From the NCBI GenBank assembly GCA_964016885.1, contig OZ024743.1, positions 41,912,001 to 41,976,000 of the forward strand: 64,000 nt of DNA, given 5' to 3'. The DNA comes from Eledone cirrhosa. Its lineage: Eukaryota. Shown piece after piece: positions 30,785 through 46,698 of the stretch (position 1 is its first letter; the number at the start of each line of letters is the position of its first letter). The notes below the pieces were generated by a model. It saw nothing but the letters and a program-made list of their open reading frames with translations, was not told where the DNA came from and did no database searches. The translations under genes were made by a program, and so were the position numbers.

Positions 30785-33199
30785 CTGTGTGTGTATATAT
30801 ATTCTTTTCTTTCTTTTTAACAATTTTAACAATTCGACTGCGCCCATGTAAGGCACTGCTATATGAGGCTTAGTGGATTGCATCGGTCTCAGTACTTATT
30901 TATTCATGAGAGGTAGATATTTTGTCACTCTCTGTTTGTTGGCCCGCTAAGTTACGAAACATAATAAACAATTAAACAATAATACGCACAGACGCGCGCG
31001 CACACACATACACACACATACACACACACACTCACACACACGCGCACCCGAAAACACGCTCAAACATAATATATATTGGATATACGAATGGCTTCTACAA
31101 TTTCCGTCTTCTTGTATTTACTTACAAATCATTACTAAACTCGTGCCTATATTCAAAGACGCAGATAAAGTTATCATTATTCCGATAACACAATACAATT
31201 AAGAGTAAATAGGCTTTTATTTATTAAAATATAAAGGAAAAAAAAAGAATGTGTCTCCAACAATGGTAGCATCATATCTGACGAAGATGCATCGTCCCTT
31301 GACTTCAACGTGTAGACTTAATTTGGTTGATCAACTGACGGGCAAGTGGCTGAGTAACATGCACGACTATATTTAACCTTAATATAATTCTCAGGCTAAA
31401 TCTGTATCACACAAAATTGATCAAATATAGTTGTATATATTACTATATGTCCGATAGGTTTCCACACATTTTCCATTTAATCAATTTCATTCATTCGTGT
31501 CCGGAATAAAATCAGAATTTCTTCAAATACAATGCCATACTAAATTAGTATTAACAATGGATAGTAGTTTAGGCCGTAGTCCTGCAATGTAACTGTTAAT
31601 TGCTTTAACGAATGCTAGAACGACGAAAGGCATGGTCGATCCCACCAGAATGTGACTTCAGTACGTAAAAAACCGGGTGATTCATTTGTTCGAACAACTG
31701 AATCACACGTCGTCCGCAAAGACGGAGTTCCAACGCACAGGCACTCACACACAGGGCCTCAGACACACACACATACACACGCATACACACACGCATACAC
31801 AAACACACACAAACATACACACACACAAACATACACACACAATAACATTGCGCATTTCTAATCTTCCAATCGTGTGTCATTGGGAAAAATCTATTATGAC
31901 TAGTAGAAACAGTTGAGGAATTTCCTTTTCAATGTCTCAGTTTTAGTCTTAACACAACAACGATAGAATACTATTTGTGGATGTTAAGGTGCATTCATTT
32001 TATGTTTTTTTTATATCACATGTTATTTAAGTCAGAGCTACTTTTACATGTTTGAAAAAATAAATAGCCACTTCAAATATCCGTAGTCATAACTGTCTAT
32101 TTACTGGAATATTTGCTATTTTGCTAAGATATAAATCTCATGTGTAAAGTTAAACATTGATTCTTATCATATGTTTTTACTGCTTGCCCTGCATGTTGAA
32201 GTACCGAAATTTTAAAGATCAAATTATAAGATAACTGTTCAAGTGTCGACATCCTTAGGCAATATAACTAAAGAGAGAGAGAGGTGGAGGGACAGGTGTA
32301 TATGTGACGACAGAAAATATGTTGTTACGAAGAGAGAGGAGAGAGAGAATAACATAGGAGACGAGTGAGAATGATGTTAGCTGACCGAAGAGTAAGAGCA
32401 TCCAATGTTATTTTAATTTATGTGTCTTTAACTACTGAATTCTATATTTATAATAACAATTATTTTTTTTACATGCTCATTCAACATCATTAGCACCATA
32501 AGCGACATCATCATTATATCCTCCTGGTCTTCCTTCTCTTTCTTCTCCTCCTCCACCTCATCATCATCATCATCATCATCATCATTATCATCATCATCAC
32601 TAGCCTCACCATAAAAATTTAATGTACAGCTCTACCCTATGCCGGTTTAGCTGGTCTCAGACGAGTTTCTATCTCATAGGAGAATTCTTGTGTGATTTAA
32701 TGATAGGAGTTATTGCCTTATAAAAATCAACGTAAAAATGTTCAACATAATTATCGTGGTCACTATCATCAACCTCATCATCAGTAACATCAACACTATC
32801 ATCAACATCATCAACATCACCACCATCATTATCATCATCATCTGACACTTGCAAGGTGAACACCTCCCAGAGACGGTGTCATTTGTTCCTACCTTGTGCC
32901 GCTCACGACGAGCGAAACAGGGGTAGCCGATGACAATAAATATGAGAGTTCCTTCTTGATGTAATGCCTATACATATATCTCTTGTATCTTTTTCATTTC
33001 GATTTATTTGATTCCGTAAGTCTGCTCCCTGTCACCACCACTTACTATCCTATTCCATTACACATCATACGAAGTCTCATCAATTGTCATTTGTTATTAT
33101 GAAATAACATGCCGCTACTTTCTGTTATTTACTTTCTGCTCACACTAAGCAAGGCAATAAAACCAGTAAAATACAAGGGGTTACTGATTAGTAAAAAGG

Positions 33200-33820
33200 A
33201 GAGGGCATAGTGTACAACATTCAACGAGAGAGATGATGTGGGTTGATGTTGCTTTTGATTTTTCGCAAATTTCAATGATCAGAACAGTAAGAAGGTGGAT
33301 AAGAATTCCATAGGCGAGATGTGTGAGGAGGCAAGACACTATCAGAAGAGAAGAAACTTTCAGAATAGAATTTGTGATTGCCCGTAGCAAATCCAACTGT
33401 AAATAATGACACCTAGCCACCAATCCGGTGCTTAGTTGAAACCTCAGCACACGAGGCCAGCTCATCAGGAGGATTCCCGTTAAGATATGTATAAAAAAAG
33501 GCATAAAAAAGCAATATTTTTGCGGTGTGATAATGATAGAAGCAGACATGTAATGAAGCCGAATTCAGGACCAGTATTGTTGACGATTTTTCTTGGTATT
33601 TTATACTGACTGCAAGGTACACAGCAGATAAAGCAGGGCAGGTGTGACAACAATATTCAAAACAAATTTTAATGGTAGATTTATAACGATACAAGATACT
33701 TTCAGGCGTGAGGTCTTTCTGGCATGACAGAGCGATTTCCCTTTCTACTCCAGTAGGGTTGGCAATCGACCTGATATAATCATTCCAGCTCAAATCCTTG
33801 AAAAATATCAGACTAAAAAG
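33200..33820 (-). mobile_element. Decayed CR1/L2/Jockey-type LINE 3' region
   Basis: SWNDYIRSIA...ILYRYKSTIKICFEYCCH...LLFY resembles the post-RT LSWxxHI and LYKxxIRPxLEY motifs. Confidence 0.6.
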
Positions 33821-34593
33821 TGTTTATAGTTGCTATTTCGCTTCACGATATTAAGTTCTCTGGTTATGTTTCACTGGGTGGCATCTTTACAAATATTTTA
33901 CCATAAACGCTTATCTCCACAACATTTTTGTGAAAATCTCTGGAGACGCAAACTGCATGGTAGCCCCTTGGAAACATTATACATTAATTTAAACATCCTG
34001 GTTTCTCGCACAATTTCCCCTCTGATCTTGCCTGCAAATTACGTAAATTGCATATAACTATCTGCATCATATAAACCTTTAAAACGGTATTCATGAGTCG
34101 GATGATTTTTTTTTTATCGAAGGCTTAACTTAATTGTGTATATTCCTTGCATTATACGTTTTAAAACAAATTGAATAAAACATACTTAACCATTATATTC
34201 ATGTATCATGTATCACTTCAATCTAGTCTCGATGTGCGTCCCTTCATGCACGTGCAAGCTACATTCATCAAACATCATTTTGTTGTGGTAATCAATATAT
34301 AAACTTTGCTTTCTGTTTTTATGAAGAGATATAAATGCTTGCATTTCAGGCAGAGACATTTTCTCGGAAATAAAATAAAAAAAAAGAAAAGTTAGATTGA
34401 CAGATCTAAATAGAACTGTCATGAGCTAGCTAAAAAGAAGAAGATAATGTATAAAAGATATTTATGATAGGTGAATAACCTAAAAGATAGAAGTAAATTC
34501 AAGAAATAATGCAGGTAGGTGACCCAGGGAAAGTAATCTCGAAAGTTAGAACATAGAGTTATGATTATGGAGAAAAATGATACTTATATATAT

Positions 34594-34750
34594 AGGAACG
34601 AGCTAATTCTGGACTCAGAATTAGCCGTCGAAACGGCTTGAGCTCAGCCATCGGGGTCCTACTCGTTCCTATTACCCACTCTACTACCCTAAGTACTGAG
34701 TACTTTGGTGCCTTATGGTCCACCTGGTTCCTTACCACATTTCCTTCGTT
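34594..34750. mobile_element. Family A short element
   Basis: Matches 8252-8386 and 46568-46700. It has a short inverted 5' piece and TA flanks. Confidence 0.85.
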
Positions 34751-34755
34751 ATATA

Positions 34756-35620
<865 letters not shown>

Positions 35621-36079
35621 ATATATATATATATATGAAGCAACGTTATGACTGTTAGGGATAGCGATACGGCTACCAGATATGATGGCTATCTGCTTCT
35701 GCAACCTCGGACCAACAGTGGTAAACTACTAGGGGAGATGGAGCAAAGAGTAACACTGTTAGCCCCCAAACATCAGTAGCATGTAAAGGTCCCCTCTCAA
35801 TAAGTCTACTAGTCTTTTGGGGTGTAGGAAAAGTAAAAAATGTGAATGGCGCAAAGTACACGACCAAAACATTGCATTGTTCGAAGAAGAATTAGAGGCA
35901 CTCATATTACTTCGTCATTCGCGCGGGATAACATGGGACACGTTCAGAACGTAGGCAGAAGGGATTGTTCGAAAAATATATTGTGACGTCCATAAAACGT
36001 GGCAAGAAACAACGATGGACCTGCGGACAGTTTCGGGAAGCGTAGGACGAAATCACAATGTTTGTGTATCCTGAGACGG

Positions 36080-36900
36080 TTTCAGGAGGAAAGTAAAACT
36101 TAGAAATTGCAACCAGAACGTTACAACCCTTACAGTTAAGGAGGAAGGACTAGTGGAGGAAGCCAGATACTACAGGCTAGATGTAATTAGGGATTCCTTA
36201 ACAAACTTCCGTGGTACTGGTACTTTAATTTTGTTTGGATGATGGGAACTCCAATATTCAGGTGTTTGGAGGTTGGGAACTCTAATACTCAGTTCTTTGG
36301 AGGATGGGAACTCTAATGTTTAGGTGTTCTACGAGAAATGACTACACAGGTCAGAGTGGCGTTATACACATATCCGGTTGTCTGAATTTGTTAATGCCTG
36401 GGTCCCATTGAATTGCAACTTGACGCTTGGGTTAAAAGAAACGTCCATATGGATGTATGCAATGAAAAGAGAGTATGAAATTAGATATTCACTTGATGAA
36501 ATCACTGCATGTTATGGGTGACTTCAAAGTATATATTGGTACTGACCATCATATATGAAAAGGAGTGATTGGAAGCAACGGCTTAAATAAACAATGCTTA
36601 AATAAACATAGAGATGTCTTTTAGACATCTGTTCTAGTAATAATTATACAAAGTTTAATGGAAATTGGGGATTGATATCAATAATTAATTTTGCTATCGT
36701 CTCTCATCTCTTCGATTCTATGCAAGGTGCGTATATTGAGACAAGGGGTGAAATGTCATCTGATCACCATCTAGTTATCTGCAATATGTGACTACATAAA
36801 GCCTAGCAAAGCTCCATAACTTACATGTCCAGCTCAACCTATACGATACATTGAGAAATGCTGGTGGATAAAGAAATCAGCACCTGGTATGAGGATACTA
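36080..36900 (+). mobile_element. Decayed AP-endonuclease region of an RTE-like LINE
   Basis: NVTTL...KEEGLVEEARYYRLDVI, VMGDF (~36512) and SDHHLV (~36759). Many frameshifts. Confidence 0.6.
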
Positions 36901-39900
36901 TTTGCATTTAAATTGCTGTTACCGGTGGAGTAATGTAATCAGAAAACGGAGGTTGTTGTAAAAAGACAAACTGGCTATCATCAAGTCGGTATTCGTGCTA
37001 AACGTTTCCTATGTTCATGAATCTTAGCTAATGACTGAAATAATAAGATCGCGAATAAAAGCGGTCTAAATGGGGTTCCTCCGAATGAGTTTTGTAGTAA
37101 CATTACTGAATAGAATGTATAGCTCGCTGATTAATAATTCGTTGCATGCTAATTCCCTAAATTAACACATCATAGCTCCGATTCTACGGAGATGTGGTCA
37201 GAATGTGTAAGGAATAAATCACCGCAGAGATGTAGGTGCAAAGATAACCGACAGAAGGGCCAGGAAACTAAGATCAAGATGGCTGGATATCAGCCATGAA
37301 ATCGGGTGGTCTCTCTTGGGTATCTAGCTGGATCCATTGGAGACCGTTATTTCTTAAAATACCCACTGAAAGGATTGTCTGACGTTTCTACCTCTATGAT
37401 CCTCCCAGAAATAAGTGGGAGAAGATCAATATAAAGCTGAAGAAGCGAGATACAAGTTAGAGCATGATGATTAAAAGGATGGAGTTAATGGAGTATCTAA
37501 ACAAAACCCTTATATGAAAGTAAATATATGCATATACACACAAGGAGACAGGGTATAAAAAGACCTATATACATACATATTTATTAACATATATTATGCT
37601 TTATGCTTAAGGCACAAGGCTAGCAATTTGAAGGGGTTAGGGAAAGTTGATTAACTCGACCCAGTGTATAACTGGTGCTTTATTTTACCGACTCGTAAGA
37701 ATGAAAGGTAAAGCTAACATCGGAAGAATTTTAATTCAGGTCGTAAAGGGCCGTAACTCTATGAGACGAACAATAAGCCTTAACATTAATAATAACACGG
37801 ATAAATACTCACGTTTGCGGAAGTGACAAAGCTTAGAAATTTAATGTATGATATTGTTGAATTGGGAGAGGCTTCGATAGCAAGTTAATTAGGGATAAAG
37901 TAGCGAATTAATTCTCGTCCTTTAGATAGTGTGGTGATGGATTCTCGTGAGAGTAAGTGTGTTAGTCATGCACTCCCATTACTTAGCACGCATAAATGCT
38001 GAGATTAGTAAGATATTATAAAGATACAGAAGTTACGTAAGAGCTTCAGACATAAATAGCCTGTTATGGTTTTACGTTCGCTGTTCCAACCTTGCACGAA
38101 ATGGACGAGAATTGGAGCGTATCATTCCTTCGTTATATGACCGAATATGAAAGAAGACCATCTGGTCAGAACGCGAGGCCTAAACCGAGCTGCTGTTGAT
38201 ACTCAATTTCACTTAAGTGGACTAGAATAACAAAGTTATCAACTATTTTATTTTGTGATTATGTTTAATCCTGATCTTAAGTATTTTCATTGTTTTCTTC
38301 TTTTAATATTTTTATGAAGCAGGCCAGGAAAGGGAGTCATTAAGGTGTCAATTATAAAATGTCTCAGTATTTGTTCGTTCCGGTTCAATAAACTCTGAGT
38401 ACCAACCATCCTCCGGGGAAACACTTTCTAAATTCTGTCCGCCGGGGCTGTGCGGAGGCCAGCACGTGGGACCCCATTTGCTCAGCATACGGAGAGATAG
38501 GGAGAGCGAGAGAGATGAAGGCGGTGACAGAGGGAGTTCGGCTCTTCCATGTTCTGACCATATCCTTGTGGTTGTGTTCAAGCCCTAGTGCAGTAATGGG
38601 ATTGAGTTAATCCTAGTTTGTTGTTGAAGCAATTGTCTCTAGCTTACATTTCCCTACTGGAGATACCATTGTTGTTGTTTTATGTCTAGTATTTCATTTT
38701 GTTACTGCAATTAATATTACTTTGTTTTCACAACAGGGGTGTTAGTTGGATCTGTCTCCTCTATTCACCAACAACTATTTTGCTTTTTTTCCATTCGTTG
38801 CCTATATATTATCAGTCAAGCCCTGATATTAAATCTTGTTTTTTCTTGAAAGAGATCAGTTGGGTTCTGACAAGTGTAAAAGACCTTTACATTCCACGTT
38901 TCGGAACGGCGTGCCACTATTTTAACTAACTCTTTTGCGATCAACTTTCGTTAAATCGGACCGAGGAAACAATGTTTCCAGTGCTCTTTCCAATTGATAA
39001 TACTATCTATCGGTCGCAACTCCAGGTAGAATGAGCAACGTGAAATAAATTGTCTTGCTCAAGGGCATGACGCATCGCCTGGTCCGGAAATCGAACGCAC
39101 AACCTAACGATTGCAAAACCAATTCTCTAACACTCAGCCACACACCTTCATATTTTAACTGTATTACTTTTTAAAAATTATATTTTAATAAACGGGATTT
39201 CCCATGATCTTATATTTTGCCCTATTCAAATGTATGTGTTTTAGAGATATTTATTTTGCCTTATAAAAATATATTATATAAATAGAGATGAGAAAGTACA
39301 CTGATCCTCCAATCCGTTTCCTCCGCACTCTTCCTGACTTTGTCACGTAGGCTTTTGGCGAAACACCTTCTTAATATCATCTGAATTCTTCATTTTTTCA
39401 TATTCCTTTACTTGCTATAAAACAATGATTTCCAACGTAGGCGCTACTCCTCTTACATGGAACATTAGATGTGTGAAGTAATGAAGGCAAAAGGATGGTA
39501 AGAGATACGTGTCAGCGGCACGAAAGGAATGGCGTAAAAGAAAGTCTAAACAATACAAAATAATTGTTGATCGTACTGATTCAGTTAATGCTTATATTAT
39601 TTTTTTTACATACTAAATTTTGTAATGTAATGTATATTTCTTGAAAGTGGAAAGTTCTGAGTGAATTTATTATTTAAAGAAACATTGGCAAACTGGTTTA
39701 GAATATCGCAATTTATTTCTCCTTATTCTCAGAACAGCCCTGCCGTCTAAAGATTATCGCTGAAGACTCAGATGTGTCTACAATACGAATTTCATTTATA
39801 TTATATTTGGAATAGAATTTGCTAGACCAAGGACTTCGAAACATTTTATAAAATGAGTCCATTATGAAATCCTCAACATATCACAAGGCATGTATAAACA

Positions 39901-40010
39901 TGAATCAATTGATTAGCAAACAGAAGACATATAAGTAGACAATAAAGATTAATCAACATACAAAGCAGAATATAAGCAGCTTGTATTTCATTGTATTATT
40001 TAATGTATGT

Positions 40011-40196
40011 GGTGGATTGGCAGTATCGGCAGAGGGTCGGACGCCATGCTTTCCAGCATAGTTACGTCCCATTGCGGTCTCAGTTCAAATCCCACCGAGG
40101 TTAACTTTGCCTTTCATCCTTACGGGGTCGATAAAATAAAGTACCAGTAATGTACTGGGTAATTGATGGCCTTGTGCCAAAAGTAGAAACAATTAT
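40011..40196 (+). mobile_element. tRNA-derived SINE, TSD ATTATTTAATGTATGT
   Basis: TSD at 39995-40010 and 40192-40207. Confidence 0.9.
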
Positions 40197-41557
40197 TTAA
40201 TGTATGTTCATTTCATATTACAAATGTCAGGTTTTGGCATAAAGATCAATAGAACCACTGGTAATTCCATCGATACACACGTGCTGCTGTTGTCCATTCT
40301 GGAGATCATTGTCATACGCAGTTCATTTCTAGATACCTAAGATTCTACCTTTTATATAATTTATACATAAAATTCCATTCAAAACTGGGCCTCTCGAGTT
40401 GAATTAACGTTTCAATGCTCATCCATTAATGTCAACCAATGTAGCATATTTAGTCAGTTAGCCGAAACTACGAGGCACTAGCCATCTGAATTTGTTTTCA
40501 TATAGCATAAAATACTGTCAATTAATGCGTGCTTTTTTTCTTTGTTCTTGTTCTAACATGATGATAAAATGGTACGACTCATCCCAGGAGGGGATGAACT
40601 TCCGTCAATATCAATAATTCTCTAGGTTTTCGATTAACGGAACAACCAACGTGAATCTAACGACCAGGTGGAGGTTATTCCACTTCGACAGTTCCCTTAA
40701 TGTAATTCTGAGGGTGTATCAATTTGACAAACCAGAATTTGAGACAATGCTGGCCCTTTGACTTGCAGGTAGTTTCTAGTTAATACGATCCAAAACACTT
40801 CAATCTACCTACTATCTTTCACAAGGCATGAGTCGATCCGAAGCAATTGTAAATTACACTTACTCAAGAGGCCATAAAGGCGATCGAGCCTGGGACGTAA
40901 TGATTGTGGAGCTAATTTCTTCATCACCCTGACATGCTGCGTCTATATTCGATAACCAGTGATGGGTTAATGATATGGTTACACATCCGTTGCGTGCGTG
41001 ATGTGTAAAGAAACTAAGTTTTATTTCACAGGATATATACAATTTATTCAGCATTTCACTCTAAAAAATAAAATAGAGAAAGTAATACAGACCAATTTCA
41101 ATCAACATTCTACTACATAGGTTTGGCTGCTTATTATTCATTTAGCAAAATTTGTAAACCAAGGTTTAACAAAGTGTACACTCCGACGTGTAAATTAAAA
41201 TTATTTATGCAAACATGAGAATATTTCATTTTTATTCAATGTAAAAATGATGAATTATTTTCATTTATCTCACCAAATTAACATTTGAATAAAACAAACA
41301 TGAATTTCGTTAAATTGTTAATATTTAAACACGATGTAGTTTGAATAAGTAGTAGAATGTACGTACAGTTTTACATGCAGCTAAATTCTTCTTTTCCAAT
41401 TTTCGTTGTATAAAATAATATTTATTACTGGACAGATAGATTTTCCCTCAAGAGATAGAAGCCTGATTATAAGTACGTCTATTTTCATTAGAAAATGTTG
41501 TTCTCGGAAACAAGATAACTTTTACATGAACATGTAGTTCAATATGCATATAAATAT

Positions 41558-41659
<102 letters not shown>

Positions 41660-42134
41660 TAAGAATAATGAGTTCTAAACTCAAGCAGTCCTTTACAATG
41701 AAATAGCTCAAAGAAAGAAGTATTTCTGAGCCGTGGAATACAAGTTAATATAAATTAATATATATGATAAAACACAAATACCAACATATAAGTGTTTGTA
41801 TTGTAAATGACTAAGTTAGCTAGATTGAAAAATACTAATTATAATAATAAACTTTGCCTGTCTCGATTTAAAATAATAAATCAATAAAAACAAAAGATAT
41901 TGGCAAATGGCCGTGGTACTTGAACAAATTTAAATTTCAAAATCAAACCTGTTCCGTAGATAAGTTTAAACTTTAAAATCCAAATAAGTTTCGAAATAAA
42001 AAAGTGAAAAGATACCCCGTTCAGCTCTCCTCAGCAAGTACCCTGAACAATTGGTATTTTTCAATTCAAAACATTTAAAAAGACTGTTTAACGCACATGG
42101 TTTTCCAGTTTCTAGCTGCCGCATACTCGTTCTG

Positions 42135-42507
42135 CTAGAAATACAATATATACCAGTTTTATGAATAAATATTGACATACCCTTTCAAAATACAACCGTT
42201 ACTTTTGGAAGACATCAGATATTTGGAAGACATCACTATCCTGATGTCTTCCAAAAGTAACGGTTGCATTTTGAAAGGGTATGTCAATATTTATTTATAA
42301 AACAGGTATATATTGTATTTTGTCTGATGAAAGCATACCATAATTTAACATGGTATCCTTGAAATATGTATAATAAAATAGATATGGTTTTATAAATATA
42401 GTTTCCATTTGTTAATATCGTATATTTACTCCAAATACTTGTCGAGTGCTTTATATCAGTTATACAAATATTTGCTTGTTGTATCCCAACAATTTAAATA
42501 GAACTTT

Positions 42508-42512
<5 letters not shown>
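42135..42512. mobile_element. Family E fold-back element
   Basis: 42141-42218 is inverted at 42242-42320. It lies within a larger block bracketed by inverted segments 41483-41560 and 42545-42622. Confidence 0.75.
42316..42380 (+). ncRNA. Type I hammerhead, family E
   Basis: TATTTTGT-CTGATGA-AAGCATACCA(TAATTTAACA)TGGTATCCTT-GAAA-TATGTA-TA-ATAAAATA. Confidence 0.78.
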
Positions 42513-42551
<39 letters not shown>

Positions 42552-42775
42552 TATATGCATATTGAACTACATGTTCAAGTAAAAGTTATTTTGTTTCCGA
42601 GGACAAAATTTTCTAATGAAAAAAAAAAAAATATATATATATATTAGAAAGTGAGGTTTTTTTTACAAAATGAAAAATAACCGAGGTGTCCTACACGAGT
42701 GAAAGTATAAAGAAAAAGAGATGAAAATGCAACTGGCGTCTTATTTTTTTTTTAAATATATATATTTATTTGGTT

Positions 42776-42813
42776 CCTTTACCGGTTTCGCAGTTCTTCT
42801 GCTTTTCAAAAGG
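42776..42813 (-). ncRNA. Degenerate minimal hammerhead
   Basis: The reverse complement reads CCTT-TTGAAAA-GCAG(AAGAA)CTGC-GAAA-CCGG-TA-AAGG, then AATAAA. The stems are intact but the core has two substitutions. Confidence 0.55.
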
Positions 42814-43160
42814 TGAGTTGAGATGGAGGGTCTTTGGTTTTTCTCACATCTGGTTGGTTTCTGAATGTTACCTGGAAGTAATTTGATTGGTTTGTCAATA
42901 ATTATAATAAATTTCGCGCCAGTTCGCGTTACAATAGTTCTTCAAATAAGAGGGGGGGGGCGGTTGTCACAGGTTGTTTTGTCATATATGAGTGTTTGAA
43001 TTTCTTTTTACTTGAAAAAAGGAGGCTCACGAAGGCTTTTTTTTTGGTTAGTTATAAATGAAATTATGGCTGTCACGTGAACAAGTTTTCATTAAATGTG
43101 TGTGCCCTGATTTGGAAATCCATACTGTAGCCTTTTATAGAATGTTTTGATAAGTGAAAG

Positions 43161-43260
43161 ATAATTGTTTCTACTTTAGGCACAAGGCCAGCAACAACCC
43201 AGTACATTACTGGTACTTTATTTTATCGACCCCGTAAGGATGAAAGGCAAAGCTAACCTC
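43161..43260 (-). mobile_element. 5'-truncated SINE, TSD GTGAAAGATAAT
   Basis: TSD at 43154-43165 and 43261-43272. Confidence 0.88.
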
Positions 43261-43534
43261 GTGAAAGATAATGGTCAAGAGAAAGGGATGGGAGAATTGT
43301 TCTGGTTCAGTGAATATGGTTAGTTCGCTGGGGTGTCAGAATTCAGATTTTGCGTCGTTATTGTTACGTTTGTTGTTTTATAAATTCACCTGTTGCTTTT
43401 GAATATTTGTTATTTGATGTAAAATGTAAGTGTGTAAAATGTAACGTTGAGAGAGCTTAGTGTTATCGGCTTTTTAAATTTGGATATTTGAAGTATATAT
43501 GTATATATATGTATATATATGTATATATATATAT

Positions 43535-45610
43535 CGTTTCTTAATTTGTTTAGCAAGATTCTTTATCTGAAAACGTGTGTTAAAACCGATATTGTTATAC
43601 TTTGGGAGGGTCATGTTTCCAATAAGAAACACACGCACCATTTGCTTTCACTACAATTTATTATAATAAATTTATAAATTTAGGAATTTATAAATTTCCG
43701 GTTGGTTGGTTGGTTCCACAACCAGATGGTTGTTTATATATTGTCAACATTCTTTCGTCACACATTTTGTGACCTCTTCAGTGACTGGAGATTATTTTCT
43801 TTGTTTTTCTGCCTCTCCTTTGTTCTGTCCTACGCCATCTTGTTTCTGTGTGTGTGTTGTGTGCATGATTGCACATGCGGTGGGGGCCAGCATACAATTA
43901 TCCCTTAAGGAATATATGTTTAAATTTAATGGAAAACCATATGCCCAAGAGGAAGGAGCATGCATTGGTGTTAGCATTGCAGGCGACATAGCTAATTTAT
44001 TCATGGTATGGTGGGACAGTAGACTTAAACTTAAACTTAAAGAACAATTAGAAGACCCCTTAACCCTGATAATGTACTCCCGCTACGTCGATGATATAAA
44101 CATCGTAGTTAAAACACCCCCACTAGAGAACAGTCAGGAATTAGAGAAAAACACAATGGTAAGCATCCAGCAAATAGCTAACTCCATCCACCAGAGTATT
44201 AGAGTTACTATAGACTACCCAAGTAAACACCCCAACCATCGATTACATGTACTAGACACAGAGCTCTGGTTAGATACCATTAATAAAAAAAAACAAATCC
44301 TCCATTCCCATTATGCAAAAACATGACTTCCAAATATCTGATCCACCGAAACTTAGCTATTTCGGACCATACCAAAATCAACATACTGATTGCGGATTTG
44401 GTACGGGTGATGAGAAACGTGTCCCGCAGGTGCAACCCCGAAGAACTAGAGAGAGACATACAACATTTCATCCACCGTATGCAGTTCTCTGGTTACAATC
44501 AGAGAGATAAAATCAGAGTGTACAGAGGAGCCAGAACCAAATGGGAAAAAATGTTAAATAATGACACAAATGGGACCTGCCCCATGTATAGGAGCAAATT
44601 TTGGAATAGAATAGAAAGAACTAGGAATAAGGCTAATAGAATAGACTCATGGTATGATAGCAATAAATACCAGAGTGTAATGTTCATCGATACAACCCCT
44701 AGAGGTGAATTAGCTTACAAATTTAGAAGGGCCTTAGATAAACATAAACTCAATATTAAGATAGTAGAAAGACCAGGTACCTCCGTAAAAACACTTATTA
44801 GCAAGACATACCCTTTTCAAAGACCCCCCTGTATTGATAAGAAATGTATAACCTGTAAATTAAGCCCCCATATTAACTGTAAAACTAGAAATGTAGTATA
44901 TAGCATAAGATGTACTGAAGGACAATGTAGAGACAAAAATATAGTGTACATAGGTGAGACAGTTCGTAGTGTAGGGGAATGGATAAATGAACACTGGCGA
45001 GACCTTCAAGATAGTAAAGAATCATCTGTACTCTACTAACATGCGAAAATAGAACATAAGGGTAAATTAGAGAACATAGAAATAAAAATAGAATGTACAC
45101 ACAGAAAAGAAGCAATGTTTAGACAAATCACAGAGGCAATACACATAAAAGAATTACAACCAAAATTAAATAGAAAACATGAGTGGAACAGCAACATCAC
45201 AACTTACAATTAAGGACAAAATGAAAACACACACGAACATAGAACAAACAACCAACCTGTAACATGTAAATAAACAAATAAATAAACGAATATAAACACA
45301 CACAGACACCCTGATGTGGCGCATGCGCAGACTGAGCACACAACACACACACAGAAACAAGATGGCGTAGGACAGAACAAAGGAGAGGCACAAAAACAAA
45401 GAAAATAATCCCCAGTCACTGAAGAGGTCACAGAATGTGTGACGAAAGAACTTTGACAATATATAAACAACCTTCTGGTTGTGGAACCAACCAACCGACC
45501 GGAAATTTATAAATTCCTAAATTTATAAATTTACTATAATAAATTGAAGTGAAAGCAACTGGTGCGTGTGTTTCTTATTGGAAAACATGACCCTCCCAAA
45601 GTATAACAAT
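43535..45610 (+). mobile_element. 5'-truncated Penelope-like element (family B) with an inverted 5' pLTR
   Basis: RT motifs QEEGACIGVSIAGDIANLFM, RYVDD and VLDTELW, then a Cys-rich linker and GIY-YIG NVVYSIRC...YIGET. Frameshift near 44320 and stop at 45039. ~43590-43864 is the reverse complement of ~45336-45610. It has (TA)n flanks. Confidence 0.93.
45414..45458 (+). ncRNA. Type I hammerhead in the family B 3' pLTR (mutated inverted copy 43742-43786)
   Basis: GTCA-CTGAAGA-GGTCAC(AGAATGT)GTGAC-GAAA-GAAC-TT-TGAC. Confidence 0.85.
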
Positions 45611-45644
<34 letters not shown>

Positions 45645-45696
45645 ATATATATATATATACATACATATATATATATATATATATGAGTATATACTT

Positions 45697-46015
45697 CGTT
45701 TCTGAATTCGTTTTGCAAGATTCCTTATCTGTAAACGTGGGTTGAAACAGATATTGTTATAATTTGTGAGGGCCATGTTGCCAATAAGAAACACACGCAC
45801 ATGTTGGCTCTCACTTACATTTATTATACATTTTATGTTGGCTCTTTGGTTCGATGAACCGGATGGTTATTTAGATATTGTCAATCTCTTTAGTCACACA
45901 TTCTGTAACCACCTCAGTGAATGTTTTTATATTTTGTATAGGGTGTAGGCCAGAACAAAGGAGAGACACAAAATAAAACCTAGTCACTGAGGAGGTCTCA
46001 GAATTTGTAACCGAT
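45697..46015. mobile_element. Older pLTR-only fold-back copy related to family B
   Basis: 45697-45920 resembles 43535-43785, and 45945-46012 is an inverted piece with AGTCACTGAGGAGG. Confidence 0.7.
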
Positions 46016-46422
46016 TCTGACCTAGCTGAGTATCAGCCTAACGTGAATCATTTGTTCTCGATATGGTGAACTAAATGTCGTTTAACAAACTCATCCCATG
46101 GACTGATTGCTCTACTACTACTGATATAACACAGTATTCTACTATTATACACGTCTCCAGCACGTCTCCAGCATCGGTCAGCAGATTCTTCTCACCACGT
46201 AGAAGTTTGGCTTTTAGTAAATTATTCTCACCACATGGAAGTATGTCTTTCTACACTGTGAGCGCGCTCTATATCGTTGTGTCGCACATACCGTGTTGTC
46301 AATTCAGAACGAGCTGAGAAGGTGCCTAATGTAAAACATGTGTTTCTCGGTATGGTGAACTAACTGTTGTGAAACTACTTTTATATAATTATATATATAT
46401 ATATATATTTATATATAATTAT

Positions 46423-46472
<50 letters not shown>

Positions 46473-46477
46473 ATTAT

Positions 46478-46512
<35 letters not shown>

Positions 46513-46517
<5 letters not shown>

Positions 46518-46698
46518 AACCAGTAAGACCCCGACAGCTGAGCTCAAGCCGTTTCGACGGCTAATTCGAATTAGCCGTCGAAACGGCTTGAGCTCAGCTG
46601 TCGGGGTCTTACTGGTTCCTATTACACACTCTACTACCTCAAGTATTGAGTACTTTGGTGCGTTATGGTACACCTGGTTCCTTACCACATTTCCTTCG

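Noticed and set aside
32669-32863. Asp-rich ORF
   Set aside because: It derives from degenerate (CAT)n repeats.
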